Source: Candidatus Poriferihabitaceae bacterium (lineage in GTDB: Bacteria; Pseudomonadota; Gammaproteobacteria; Arenicellales; Poriferihabitantaceae). From it: a stretch of DNA of 64,000 nt. Below are positions 37,504 through 47,707 of the stretch, one piece after another. Position numbers and translations under genes: made by a program. The stretch is from contig OZ243919.1 in NCBI GenBank assembly GCA_965213885.1, positions 1,372,692 through 1,436,691 of the forward strand, in the 5' to 3' direction. Positions within the stretch are counted from its first letter, which is position 1, and every line of letters begins with the position of its first letter. Below the pieces are notes generated by a model. It was not told where the DNA came from and did not search any database. It saw only the letters and a program-made list of their open reading frames with translations.

Positions 37504-38820
37504 ATGAGCAGAAATATGACCCGGGCGGAGCAGGTTTCCGCCCTAGAAAAGGATTGGGCCGAAAGTCCCCGCTGGAAAGACGTGCGGCGCAACTACAGCG
37601 CGGAGGATGTAGTCCGGTTGCGCGGATCGGTGCAACCGGAACTCACCTATGCCCAACGTGGAGCGGAAAAGCTGTTCGGCCTGATTCATGGCGGAGCCCG
37701 CAAAGGCTATGTGAACTGTCTTGGAGCCCTGACGGGCGGCCAGGCGGTACAGCAGGCCAAGGCGGGCATCGAAGCGGTCTACCTGTCCGGCTGGCAGGTG
37801 GCCGCTGATGCCAACACCTCGGAATCCATGTACCCTGACCAGTCCCTGTACGCCTACGACTCTGTCCCCACGGTGGTGCGACGGATCAACAACGCCTTCG
37901 CCCGGGCCGACCAGATCCAGTGGCAGCGGGGCATTGAGCCCGGTGATGACGGGTACGTCGACTATTTTCTGCCGGTCGTGGCGGATGGTGAAGCCGGCTT
38001 CGGCGGCGTACTGAACGCCTATGAACTCACCCGAAACATGATCAGCGCCGGAGCCGGCGGTGTGCACTTCGAGGATCAGCTCGCCGCCGTGAAGAAGTGC
38101 GGCCACATGGGCGGAAAGGTACTGGTGCCTACCGAGGAGGCCATCCAGAAACTGGTGGCAGCACGACTGGCCTGTGACGTGGCAGGGGTGTCCACACTGA
38201 TACTCGCCCGCACCGATGCCGAGGCTGCCAACCTGCTGACCTCGGATTACGATGTTCGGGACCGACCCTTCCTGACCGGCGAACGCACCGCTGAGGGATT
38301 TTACCGGGTGCGGAACGGCCTGGAGCAGTCCGTTGCCAGGGGAGTGGCCTATGCACCCTACGCGGACATGGTATGGTGTGAAACCGGCACTCCGGATCTC
38401 GGCTTCGCCCGTGAATGGGCGGAAGCTGTGCGCAGGGAAAACCCGGGGCAGCTCCTGGCCTACAACTGCTCTCCTTCATTCAACTGGAAGAAAAATCTCG
38501 ACGACAGCGCAATTGCCTCCTTCCAGGACGAGTTGGCCGCGATGGGCTACACCTACCAGTTCATCACCCTCGCCGGCATCCACAGCATGTGGTACAACAT
38601 GTTCAGCCTAGCGAAGGACTACGCTGCGGGCGAGGGCATGAAGCATTACGTGAACCAGGTGCAGGAACCGGAATTTTCCGCCGCGGGCCGCGGGTACACC
38701 TTCGTCGCACACCAACAGGAGGTGGGCGCTGGATACTTTGACGATGTCACGACCACCATCCAGGGCGGCACCTCGTCCGTCACCGCCATGGCGGGGTCCA
38801 CGGAAGAGGATCAGTTCTGA
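37504..38820 (+). CDS. aceA: Isocitrate lyase
   Basis: The catalytic loop [14 protein letters not shown] is present. The ATG at 37504 has a GAGGAAA SD, whereas the track start at 37489 is a TTG. Confidence 0.95.
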   Translation: MSRNMTRAEQVSALEKDWAESPRWKDVRRNYSAEDVVRLRGSVQPELTYAQRGAEKLFGLIHGGARKGYVNCLGALTGGQAVQQAKAGIEAVYLSGWQVAADANTSESMYPDQSLYAYDSVPTVVRRINNAFARADQIQWQRGIEPGDDGYVDYFLPVVADGEAGFGGVLNAYELTRNMISAGAGGVHFEDQLAAVKKCGHMGGKVLVPTEEAIQKLVAARLACDVAGVSTLILARTDAEAANLLTSDYDVRDRPFLTGERTAEGFYRVRNGLEQSVARGVAYAPYADMVWCETGTPDLGFAREWAEAVRRENPGQLLAYNCSPSFNWKKNLDDSAIASFQDELAAMGYTYQFITLAGIHSMWYNMFSLAKDYAAGEGMKHYVNQVQEPEFSAAGRGYTFVAHQQEVGAGYFDDVTTTIQGGTSSVTAMAGSTEEDQF

Positions 38821-38826
38821 TTCAGC

Positions 38827-38845
38827 GCCGGGTTTTCCTCCCGGC
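38827..38845. terminator. Candidate bidirectional hairpin between the convergent aceA and malic enzyme genes
   Basis: GCCGGG-ttttcct-CCCGGC, followed by the 12-bp palindrome CGCTCGCGAGCG. Confidence 0.35.
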
Positions 38846-38884
38846 CGCTCGCGAGCGCTGCATGGCGCCCGCCAGGCCGCCTGA

Positions 38885-40096
38885 TCAGGAACAGCCGGAT
38901 GACTCGGATATGGCCTTCTTGAGCCCTCCCACCATGTGCTCGCACAACCTGGGGTCGAACTGTTTCGGCAGGATATAGCCGGGTCCGAACTCCAGGATTT
39001 CCCGGGGATAGATTTCCCGCACCTCCCCGGGAGCCTTGATCCTGGCCAGTGAAGCCAGACAATGTACCGCCGCCGTCATCAGCGAGGCGTCGATACCGGT
39101 CAGTTTTTCGTCAAGCGCGGCACGAAACACGAAGGGGAACACCAGCGAATTGTTCACCTGGTTCGGATAGTCCGACCGGCCTGTAGCAACGACGATCTGT
39201 TCGCTCACCTCGAAAATTTCCTCCGGGGTGATTTCCGGGTCGGGATTGGACAGGGCGAACACGATCGAACGCTTCGCCATGGACCGGATCATTTCTTTGG
39301 AGATCATGCCGGGACCGGAAAGCCCGATCAGCACATCCGCATCTATCAGGGCCTCCGCGGCACTCCGAAGGGGCGTGTTGGCGGCAAACGCCTGCTTGTA
39401 GACATTGAGATCATCCCTGGCGGTGTGAATGACTCCGCGGCTGTCCACCATCACGATGTTGTCTCGATTGGCACCAAGACTGCAAAGAAGCTTGGCTGTG
39501 GCAATACCCGCCGCCCCTGCCCCCTGGAACACGATGCGGACGTCCTCAAGCCGTTTCCCCTGGATTTCCAGGGCGTTGACAAGTCCCGCACAAGCCACAA
39601 TCGCGGTGCCATGCTGGTCATCGTGGAAAACCGGGATGTCCAGCCTTTCCTTCAATGCCTCCTCGATGGCAAAACACTTCGGAGCCGCGATATCCTCCAG
39701 ATTGATCCCGCCGAATGTGGGTGCGATATTGGCTACCGTTTCAATGAACCCTTCCGTGCTGGGGGCCTCCACCTCGATATCAAAGACATCGATATCCGCG
39801 AACAGTTTGAACAGGACGGACTTCCCTTCCATGACCGGCTTTCCTGCCACCGCACCCACATTACCCAGGCCGAGCACTGCGGATCCATCCGTCACCACCG
39901 CCACCAGATTTCCCTTGTTGGTGTAGCGGTATGCCTCCTTCTCGTCCGCGGCGATGGCTTCAACCGGACCTGCCACCCCCGGGGTATAGGCCAGCGAAAG
40001 ATCGTGCTGCCCGTCGAACGGCTTGGTCGGCCGTACCGAGGTTTTTCCCGGCCGCGGATGCTCGTGGTAATCGAGGGCAAGTTTCTTGTAATCCAT
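38885..40096 (-). CDS. maeB: NAD(P)-dependent malic enzyme, short form without a PTA domain
   Basis: MDYKKLALDYHEHPRPGK...LSLAYTPGVA...VVTDGSAVLGLGNVG. I prefer the start at M34 of the track ORF (403 aa). Confidence 0.88.
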   Translation of the reverse strand: MDYKKLALDYHEHPRPGKTSVRPTKPFDGQHDLSLAYTPGVAGPVEAIAADEKEAYRYTNKGNLVAVVTDGSAVLGLGNVGAVAGKPVMEGKSVLFKLFADIDVFDIEVEAPSTEGFIETVANIAPTFGGINLEDIAAPKCFAIEEALKERLDIPVFHDDQHGTAIVACAGLVNALEIQGKRLEDVRIVFQGAGAAGIATAKLLCSLGANRDNIVMVDSRGVIHTARDDLNVYKQAFAANTPLRSAAEALIDADVLIGLSGPGMISKEMIRSMAKRSIVFALSNPDPEITPEEIFEVSEQIVVATGRSDYPNQVNNSLVFPFVFRAALDEKLTGIDASLMTAAVHCLASLARIKAPGEVREIYPREILEFGPGYILPKQFDPRLCEHMVGGLKKAISESSGCS

Positions 40097-40652
40097 GAGA
40101 AACGGGATGGATGGCGAACAAATGGGAAGCTGCGTATTGTACGCCACCGTACATGGGGTACGCGAATGATGATTCCGATTCACAGCGATTTTCAAAGATG
40201 GCCTTTAATTTGATCTGTTATTGATCTCTTTACGATTTTCGGGATCAGTGGATGATGTCTTTGGTGTTGTGTTGGTGAATCAGGGAGGCTGTGGGCCGGA
40301 CGGCCCGGCAGTGCCTCGCCATCGCGGCACTGCCGATGCTACCCCCAGCTCGAGAACACTGCAGACGCCAACGTTGAGTAATATCGGGGCTCAATAGCGC
40401 TGCTTCCCCACTCGCTTCACGACAGGCGTTGCCGCCCGCCATGCACCACTCGCTCCCGCCCGGTGGGATGCACCTTTACCGGGCAGGAGTGGAACCTGCT
40501 GGACTGCGATGAATGGTTTCCGTGATGTCATCACATCCTCCATCTCAGGACTTGCTCTGGCGCAACTCCGAGAATAATATTGCATGATAATTTACTAAAT
40601 TTATTGTCATATTAGCCACCGGGCGTTATATTTGCCAACGGAGGTCATGGCT

Positions 40653-41234
40653 ATGAAGCGTTTGGATCAGTTGAAAAGACACCTGCGCCCCGGGCGTGTG
40701 TACCGACGCGCGGATCTGGCCGAATGGTCGAAGAGCGTTGACCGGCATGCCCGTGAGCTGGTCGAACAAGGCGTGCTGCAGAAGCTCCGCAACGGGCTCT
40801 ATTTCTACCCCAAGGCGTCTGTTTTTGGCCGCGTGCCGGCGGACGAGCGTGAGCTGGTGCGCAGCTTCCTGAAAGAGGACGACTTTCTGCTCACTTCCCC
40901 CAATGCCTATAACACCCTGGGACTGGGCACCACGCAGCTCTATAACACCCGTGTCGTCTACAACCACAAGCGTCATGGCCGCTTCACTCTGGGCCGCATG
41001 TCCTTCGAGTTCCGCAGGAAGCCCCGCTTCCCCCGGCAACTGACCGAAGAGTTCCTGCTCGTCGACCTGTTGAATAACCTGCCTGAACTGGCCGAAGACC
41101 CGACCGCGGTGCGTGAGCGCGCGCGCGCCAAGGCGCAGGAATTGGACACCGCCAGGCTCCGGCGCGCCGCGCGTGACTACGGCAAGGTCGCCACGCGCAA
41201 GTTCTTCGAACAGGCGTTGTCGGATGCCGCCTGA
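40653..41234 (+). CDS. AbiEi-like (type IV toxin-antitoxin) antitoxin / transcriptional regulator
   Basis: About 193 aa with a winged-helix-like N-terminus. It directly precedes an AbiEii-family gene and overlaps it by 11 nt. A GGAGG sits 8 nt before the ATG at 40653. Confidence 0.6.
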   Translation: MKRLDQLKRHLRPGRVYRRADLAEWSKSVDRHARELVEQGVLQKLRNGLYFYPKASVFGRVPADERELVRSFLKEDDFLLTSPNAYNTLGLGTTQLYNTRVVYNHKRHGRFTLGRMSFEFRRKPRFPRQLTEEFLLVDLLNNLPELAEDPTAVRERARAKAQELDTARLRRAARDYGKVATRKFFEQALSDAA

Positions 41235-42180
41235 TCCTTTCCTGCACCAGCATTCCGATTTTGCCGACCTGATCCGCATCGTCGCCGACGAACGGGGGCT
41301 GCTACCCGCACTCGTGGAGAAGGACTACTGGATCATGCACTGCCTGTACGGCCTGGGCGCACAGGGTTTCGGCTTCGAGCTCAAGGGCGGCACCTCGCTG
41401 TCGAAGGGCTTCGGCATCATCCAGCGCTTTTCCGAGGACATCGACATTCGCATCGACCCGGTATGCGCCCCCTTCGAGGTCTTCACCGCGCCGAATCAAA
41501 CCAAGAAGGCGCGGCACATCGAGTCAAGGCGGCAGTTCTACGACTGGCTTGCCGATCAGATTCACATCGAAGGTATCTCCGGCATCGTCCGCGATCACGC
41601 CTTTGATGACGAGAAATGCCGCAGCGGCGGCATCCGCCTCCATTACACCAGCGCCTTCAACCATCCGGCGAGCCTGAAGGAAGGCATCCTGCTGGAGGTC
41701 GGCTTCGAGGACACCCTGCCCAATATATGCCGGACGATTTCGTCCTGGGCCTTTGAGCGGGCCACCGACACCGGCGTTGCCATCGGCGACAACCGCGCAA
41801 TGGACGTACCCTGCTATCACCCCGGCTACACCTTTGTGGAGAAGCTGCAAACCGTTTCCACCAAGTTCCGCCAGCAACAGGACAACGGGGCGTTACCACC
41901 GAACTTCCTCCGCCACTATTACGATATCAGCCAGCTACTGGACTACCCCGAGGTGACTGCGTTCATCGTCACCCCGGCATATCACGCACGAAAGGAGCAA
42001 CGCTTCCGGAAAGATGACAAGCTGATCATCGCCGACAACGAGGCGTTTCTCTTATCCGACGCGGCGACCCGCGAGCAATACACCCTGACCTACCAGGCAA
42101 CAGCCCCGCTCTATTTCGGCGGGCAACCACCCTTCGACGCCATTCTGGCGAAGATCCAGGAGTGGATCGACAGGCTATAG
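41224..42180 (+). CDS. Nucleotidyltransferase AbiEii/AbiGii toxin family protein (DUF1814)
   Basis: FADLIRIVADERGLLPALVEKDYWIMHCLYGL...FELKGGTSLSKGFGIIQRFSEDIDI is the family hallmark (GGT.L...R.S.DiD). Confidence 0.8.
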   Translation: MPPDPFLHQHSDFADLIRIVADERGLLPALVEKDYWIMHCLYGLGAQGFGFELKGGTSLSKGFGIIQRFSEDIDIRIDPVCAPFEVFTAPNQTKKARHIESRRQFYDWLADQIHIEGISGIVRDHAFDDEKCRSGGIRLHYTSAFNHPASLKEGILLEVGFEDTLPNICRTISSWAFERATDTGVAIGDNRAMDVPCYHPGYTFVEKLQTVSTKFRQQQDNGALPPNFLRHYYDISQLLDYPEVTAFIVTPAYHARKEQRFRKDDKLIIADNEAFLLSDAATREQYTLTYQATAPLYFGGQPPFDAILAKIQEWIDRL

Positions 42181-42765
42181 GCAGCACCACCAATCCCTTC
42201 CGACATTGGCTACCGGACACCGCACCTTTTGCCTATCGCACGGACACCGGTAAATCGTATCGAATCGCCGATCACGTTTTCCATTACAAGCGTCCGCGAT
42301 CCGAACCACCTCGCGCTGCCCTTCCGTCAGACCGCCCTTCGCGAGCGCCGCCTCCACGCGTCCCGCCTGGGCCAAGGGTCCGCTACCGTCCCGTGCCGAC
42401 CGCATCGCTGCGAGGATCTCGCGTTCCGCTGTGATGTCCGCCTTCTTCAGCCTCTCGGTCGGCCGCTTGTTCTCGATCACCAGTATGGGCACGCCGTTCA
42501 CGAAGGCGACGATGTCGCAGCGTTTCATCTGACTTGATGCTGTCCAATCGACCAAGAACTCGGCGGTGACTTGGAAGACGTTATTCTCCAGCGTCCTCCA
42601 ATCGATGTAGCCAAAGAAGTGGCTCTTCGAGTCGCCGTCGATGGACTTCGTGATCGTCGTGCCGAACCACCTCCGGAAGTCAACCAGAACTGTTGCAGTC
42701 TTTGCGTTACAGCATATGAGAAATGCTGCCCGGGTCAGGAACTGCCCGGGGGGCAGCCCGGGCAT
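42175..42765 (-). pseudogene. Chimeric gene scar: a type I restriction HsdR N-terminal fragment joined to a TrwC/TraI relaxase-like fragment
   Basis: KRCDIVAFVNGVPILVIENKRP matches the HsdR_N catalytic motif. The following ITAEREILAAMRSARDGSGPLA...GGLTEGQREVVRI resembles the relaxase-helicase junction. No complete domain is present. Confidence 0.45.
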
Positions 42766-42768
42766 GTG

Positions 42769-43773
42769 TCAGGCTGGCTGCCCCCTGACGGATATGCCCT
42801 GCTCCGACATGGTGTGATTGAGCAGGGATACGCAGGCATGGATTGCCTTCAGGGTAGGTATTGGGGTTCCGGTCATCTGAGCGAGTTCAATCACCACGCC
42901 AAGCATGCCGTCAATCTCCAGCGGCTTGCCTGCTTCGACGTCCTGCAACATGGACGTCTTGTGCTTGCCGACCTGTTCCGCCCCCTCGATCCGGCGCTCC
43001 AGGGACACCCGAAAGCTCGCGCCAAGTTTTTCCGCAACCTCCATGGCCTCGGTCATCATCGTTGCCGCCAACTCACGGGTCAGCGGATATCGGCAGATGG
43101 CTTCCAGGGTGGAATGCGTCATGGCGCTGATGGGATTGAAGCTCAGGTTGCCCCACAGCTTGAGCCAGATCTCTGAACGGATATCCTCCAGCACCGGTGA
43201 CTTGAAGCCTGCATCGACCAGTGTTTCAGAAACCCGCCTCGCCCGTTCAGACAGGTTGCCGTCGAGTTCGCCCAACGGGAAACGGGTGCCTTCGACGTGC
43301 CGGATCACGCCGGGTTCCGCGACCACGGCGGCCGGATAGGCGATGCACCCGAGGAGACAGTCCGGGTTGATACTGTTCAGCAGTACGCCGCCAGGATCCA
43401 CCGTCTCCACGACCCGGCCCTCATAGGCGCCCGGCAGTTTCTGGAAATACCACCAGGGAATACCGTTCTGCAGGGTGACCATCACGGTTTCGGGTCCGAT
43501 GATTCCCGGCAGCTTGTCAAGCACCGAGACGATCTGGTGGGATTTCAGCGCCAGCAGAACAACATCCTGCACGGGCAATTCCCCGATGTCATCCGTGGCG
43601 GCAACATTTCGGGCAACGATCTCCTCGTTGTCCTGCAGCAGCCTGAGGCCGCCTTGTCGGATCGCGGCCAGATGGGGGCCCCGTGCGATCAGGGAAATCT
43701 CGTGATCCCGTTGCGCCAGTCGGGTGCCCATGAAACCTCCGATGGCGCCAGCGCCTACGACACAGATTTTCAT
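42769..43773 (-). CDS. 2-dehydropantoate 2-reductase family (PanE/ApbA) oxidoreductase
   Basis: 334 aa with the Rossmann motif MKICVVGAGAIGG and a ketopantoate reductase C-terminal domain. Confidence 0.85.
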   Translation of the reverse strand: MKICVVGAGAIGGFMGTRLAQRDHEISLIARGPHLAAIRQGGLRLLQDNEEIVARNVAATDDIGELPVQDVVLLALKSHQIVSVLDKLPGIIGPETVMVTLQNGIPWWYFQKLPGAYEGRVVETVDPGGVLLNSINPDCLLGCIAYPAAVVAEPGVIRHVEGTRFPLGELDGNLSERARRVSETLVDAGFKSPVLEDIRSEIWLKLWGNLSFNPISAMTHSTLEAICRYPLTRELAATMMTEAMEVAEKLGASFRVSLERRIEGAEQVGKHKTSMLQDVEAGKPLEIDGMLGVVIELAQMTGTPIPTLKAIHACVSLLNHTMSEQGISVRGQPA

Positions 43774-43800
43774 TGATTCGTCAGAAAAAGAAATGGATTC

Positions 43801-44013
43801 TTATGGATCGGGCGAACGGATACAACCACCGCTGGCCTGAATCTTTGTATGGGGATCATTAAAGATTTGAATGATACCGGGATCGGGACACTCAAAGCCC
43901 GACAACGGCATGACGCAGGCAAGGACCCTGGGTGACCCCCGGGCATGTGGGTAATGTACCCGGACGGCCGCGTCCCCGCCCCTGCAATCCACATGTCCCC
44001 AATGACCGGGCAT
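43801..44013 (-). CDS. Candidate small His/Cys-rich protein (70 aa), unknown family
   Basis: GGGAGG SD, then GTG (44019) or ATG (44013). The peptide is MPGHWGHVDCRGGDAAVRVHYPHARGSPRVLACVMPLSGFECPDPGIIQIFNDPHTKIQASGGCIRSPDP. It is the 3' part of track ORF 43801..44433. Confidence 0.3.
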   Translation of the reverse strand: MPGHWGHVDCRGGDAAVRVHYPHARGSPRVLACVMPLSGFECPDPGIIQIFNDPHTKIQASGGCIRSPDP

Positions 44014-44093
44014 ATGCACGAGATTACCTCCCGTACATGGCCGGTATGGCCCGGGACGTAATATCAACTCATCCCCGGCCGCCGCCGCGGTCG

Positions 44094-44960
44094 TCAATGC
44101 ACCATGACGGTGACGATCCGGCTGTTCTTCAGAACATACTCGGTCACACCACCGAAAACCCTTTCCTGCATGCGGGAATGACTGTAGCCGCCCATGACCA
44201 GGAAATCGGCCTCGAGGTTCTTGCAGATAGCCAACAGCCGTTTTCCCACGGAAGCGGTCCTGCGATTCAGAATCTGGATTTCGGCCTTTGCACCGTGACG
44301 GCCGAGATGCTCCACGACCCGGTGCCCGATGCCATGCAGCTTGCGCGGAACCACTACGGTGACCTGTTTCATCTGAACCAGCCAGGGAATGGTCACGGAA
44401 AGAGCCCGGGACGACTCCAGGCTCTGGTTCCACGCAACCACCGCCCGCTGGGCCCGGTGCGCGACCCAGTCCGGGGGCACGAGCAGAGTTGGACTGCCGG
44501 AATGCAGCATCAGGGCGTCCAGATTGCTTTCCATGATGCTGCGCGACAGAAACCGCCCGAAATGCGTCGGGCGCATGACCGCGGTGGCGTCCACCATCCT
44601 CGCCCAGTTCACCAGGGTTTCCCGCACGTTGCCGGATTCATGGTGGAAGGAAACCGTGACCTGCTTCTGCCGGTTGCAGGGGGGGTCGCAAAGGGCAATC
44701 CGGCGTCTTTTCGCAAACGCCGTGAGGCGGCGCAGAATGTCGTCCGCCCGCTCCTTCAGTATCCTTCGTTCCTCGATCCTCGCATCCGCACGAAGCTTGT
44801 CCGGAAGATTGATCTCCCGGGCACTCAGTATCGTGCCTTCCGAAACATGCAGCACCATGATGTGGGATTCGAACCGGCGGGCCACCACGAGAGCGGCCTC
44901 CAGGACTTTCTGCATGTCGTCACGCCCGTCCGTGGGCACGAGAATGGACTTGATCGCCAT
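44094..44960 (-). CDS. Universal stress protein, tandem UspA domains
   Basis: 288 aa. MAIKSILVPTDGRDD... and the C-terminal GGYSHSRMQERVFGGVTEYVLKNSRIVTVMVH. Confidence 0.85.
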   Translation of the reverse strand: MAIKSILVPTDGRDDMQKVLEAALVVARRFESHIMVLHVSEGTILSAREINLPDKLRADARIEERRILKERADDILRRLTAFAKRRRIALCDPPCNRQKQVTVSFHHESGNVRETLVNWARMVDATAVMRPTHFGRFLSRSIMESNLDALMLHSGSPTLLVPPDWVAHRAQRAVVAWNQSLESSRALSVTIPWLVQMKQVTVVVPRKLHGIGHRVVEHLGRHGAKAEIQILNRRTASVGKRLLAICKNLEADFLVMGGYSHSRMQERVFGGVTEYVLKNSRIVTVMVH

Positions 44961-44984
44961 CGGGTGGTGGTTGATGGATGAGTA

Positions 44985-46652
44985 CTAGAAAAGGCCTTCC
45001 ACCTGCCCTGCTTCATTGATCCGGATACTGTTGGCTGCCGGCACCCTGGGCAGGCCGGGCATGGTCATGATATCACCACAGACCGCCACGACGAAACCAG
45101 CGCCCGCGGACAGCCGCACCTCCCGGACCGGCAGGACATGTCCCGTGGGTGCACCCTTCCTGTTCGGATCCGAGGAAAAGCTGTATTGCGTCTTGGCGAT
45201 GCAGACCGGCAAGTCGCCGAAGCCGGCCTCCTGCAGGTCCCGAATCTGGTTGCGGGTTTTCTGATCGGCGACGATCTCGTCGGCACGGTAGATCCGGGTG
45301 GCAACGGTCTCGATCTTCTCCCACAGCGGCATCTCATCCGGATACAGCGGGGCGAACTGGCTCTCCCCGCTGTCCGCCAGCTTCACGGCCTCCTCGGCCA
45401 GGGTCATGGTGCCGGCACCTCCGTCCGCCCAATGGGTAGCATCAATAGCCCGGACGCCCTGACTTTCGGTGGCCTCGCGTACCGCCGCCATTTCCGCGTC
45501 GGTATCCGCGCTGAAACGGTTGATGGCCACCACCACGGGAACCCCATAGGATTTCACGTTCTCGATATGGCGCTTCAGGTTGACGCAGCCGTCTTTCACC
45601 GCCTGTACGTTCTCGCTGCCGAGATCATCCCTGGCAACGCCGCCATGCATCTTGAGCGCACGCACAGTGGCCACGATCACCGCCGCATCCGGTGCCAGAC
45701 CCGCGCTGCGGCACTTGATGTCGAAGAATTTTTCCGCACCCAGGTCCGCGCCGAAGCCGGCCTCCGTCACCACATAATCCGCCAGCTTGAGAGCGGTACG
45801 TGTTGCCAGCACGGAATTGCATCCATGGGCGATGTTTGCGAACGGTCCGCCGTGGATGAATGCCGGATTGTGCTCAAGTGTCTGCACCAGATTGGGCGCC
45901 AGGGCGTCCTTGAGCAGCACGGTCATGGGGCCGGGCGCATTGACAGATTCCGCCCGGACAGGCTGGCGGGTACGGGTATAACCGATCACGATTCGACTCA
46001 GGCGCTCCTGCAGGTCCTCAAGACTCCCGGCAAGACAGAAAATGGCCATCACTTCCGAGGCAACGGTAATGTCGAAACCGTCCTCCCTGGGGAACCCGTT
46101 CGCCACACCGCCAAGGGAACTTGCGATCTGCCGCAGTGCCCTGTCATTCATGTCCACGACACGTCGCCAGGCCACCCGGCGAGTGTCCAGGCCGGCCTCG
46201 TTGCCCCAGTAGATGTGATTGTCGATCAGTGCCGACAACAGGCTGTGGGCGGATGTGATGGCGTGGAAGTCTCCGGTGAAATGCAGGTTGATGTCCTCCA
46301 TCGGGACCACCTGGGCATATCCGCCGCCGGCCGCCCCCCCCTTCATGCCGAAGCATGGCCCGAGGGAGGGTTCCCGCAGACAGACCATGGCGTTCTTGCC
46401 GATCCGGTTGAGACCGTCGGTCAGTCCCACGGAAGTCGTGGTCTTGCCTTCACCGGCCGGCGTCGGCGTGATGGCGGTTACGAGAATCAGCTTGCCGTCC
46501 GGCCTGTCCTGGATGGAATCGATATAGTCCAGGCTGACTTTGGCCTTGGTATGCCCGTAGGGCATCAGTGACTCGTTGGGAATGCCGAGCTTGTCGGCAA
46601 CTTCCCTGATGGGCCGAATTTCCGCCGCGCGGGCAATTTCGATATCGCTCAT
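44985..46652 (-). CDS. fhs: Formate--tetrahydrofolate ligase
   Basis: 555 aa. SDIEIARAA...[17 protein letters not shown] is canonical FTHFS. Confidence 0.96.
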   Translation of the reverse strand: MSDIEIARAAEIRPIREVADKLGIPNESLMPYGHTKAKVSLDYIDSIQDRPDGKLILVTAITPTPAGEGKTTTSVGLTDGLNRIGKNAMVCLREPSLGPCFGMKGGAAGGGYAQVVPMEDINLHFTGDFHAITSAHSLLSALIDNHIYWGNEAGLDTRRVAWRRVVDMNDRALRQIASSLGGVANGFPREDGFDITVASEVMAIFCLAGSLEDLQERLSRIVIGYTRTRQPVRAESVNAPGPMTVLLKDALAPNLVQTLEHNPAFIHGGPFANIAHGCNSVLATRTALKLADYVVTEAGFGADLGAEKFFDIKCRSAGLAPDAAVIVATVRALKMHGGVARDDLGSENVQAVKDGCVNLKRHIENVKSYGVPVVVAINRFSADTDAEMAAVREATESQGVRAIDATHWADGGAGTMTLAEEAVKLADSGESQFAPLYPDEMPLWEKIETVATRIYRADEIVADQKTRNQIRDLQEAGFGDLPVCIAKTQYSFSSDPNRKGAPTGHVLPVREVRLSAGAGFVVAVCGDIMTMPGLPRVPAANSIRINEAGQVEGLF

Positions 46653-46725
46653 GATCAGTCTCTCTATTGTTCAATCTTACGGTGTTGGCTGTAACCGGAC
46701 CCCTGCGGACATGCGTCGCAGGGAT

Positions 46726-47637
46726 TCAGTTTCCGAGCATGTCTCCAGGCACGAGTCCGGTCTGGGCAGCGTATTCGTTGGCCGGGATTTTTCCGCCATC
46801 CGCACGAACCCTGGAAACCCGGATGGAACCACCATCCGCGGCAACCTCGAATCCACCGTCATCCACTGCAATCACTTCTCCCGGCCTGCCTGTGCCTTCA
46901 CCCCGGACGGCATTGAAAATCTTCAGTTCCCTGCCGTGACGGGTGGTCCAGGCGCCGGGCTGGGGATTGGCGGCGCGGACAATGTTATAGACGTTTGCCA
47001 CGGGCCGCGTCCAATCCAACTCCGCCTCCTTCTTGCCAAACCACGACTCGTAGGATCCCTCGGCCAGGTTCTGCTCGATTCGCGGCGCCTTTCCTTCCCG
47101 CACGAGGTCGAGGGATTCGATCATGGCTTCGACCCCCATGGGAAACAGCTTGTTGAAGTAGACGTCCCCCAGCGTTTCATCCGGACCGATCCCGCAGGTT
47201 TTCTGCAACAGCATCGGGCCCTCGTCCAGTCCGTCGTCCGGCCAGAAAATGGTCAGGCCGGTGCGGGTGGCGCCCATGGCGATGGGCCAATTGATGGAAG
47301 ACGGCCCGCGGTGCATGGGCAGCAACGAGGGGTGATACTGGAAGGAACCGTGCTTCGGGATGTCGAGGACCGCCGAGGGTACGAACAGAAGTACATACGC
47401 CATCATGCAGATGTCGGCGTCAAAGGATTTCATCAGATCCAGGGCCTCGTCGGTCTTCCAGGACGCGGGCTGGTGCACCGCAAGGTCCCTTTCCAGCGCC
47501 AGCTCCTTCAACGGGTCCATGGGGCGTCCCTCCCTGTCGGGGGCAGTACAGATCGCCACCACGTTCTCGCCACGTTCCAGCAGCTTCTCCAGCACCGCGC
47601 GGCCGAAGGCCTGCTGCCCGTGTACAACTATTCTCAT
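46726..47637 (-). CDS. Stand-alone formyltransferase resembling the N-terminal domain of 10-formyl-THF dehydrogenase (Formyl_trans_N + Formyl_trans_C)
   Basis: MRIVVHGQQAFGRAV..., HGSFQYHPSLLPMHRGPSSINW and GLTIFWPDDGLDEGPMLLQK align by eye with ALDH1L1 (MKIAVIGQSLFGQEV; YHPSLLPRHRGASAINW; FTIFWADDGLDTGDLLLQK). Confidence 0.85.
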   Translation of the reverse strand: MRIVVHGQQAFGRAVLEKLLERGENVVAICTAPDREGRPMDPLKELALERDLAVHQPASWKTDEALDLMKSFDADICMMAYVLLFVPSAVLDIPKHGSFQYHPSLLPMHRGPSSINWPIAMGATRTGLTIFWPDDGLDEGPMLLQKTCGIGPDETLGDVYFNKLFPMGVEAMIESLDLVREGKAPRIEQNLAEGSYESWFGKKEAELDWTRPVANVYNIVRAANPQPGAWTTRHGRELKIFNAVRGEGTGRPGEVIAVDDGGFEVAADGGSIRVSRVRADGGKIPANEYAAQTGLVPGDMLGN

Positions 47638-47707
47638 GTTTCGTTCTCCAATTATGGGTGGGCCGTCATCGGCCCGGGGGCCGGCCCGTAAGAAGGGTCG
47701 TCAATCT

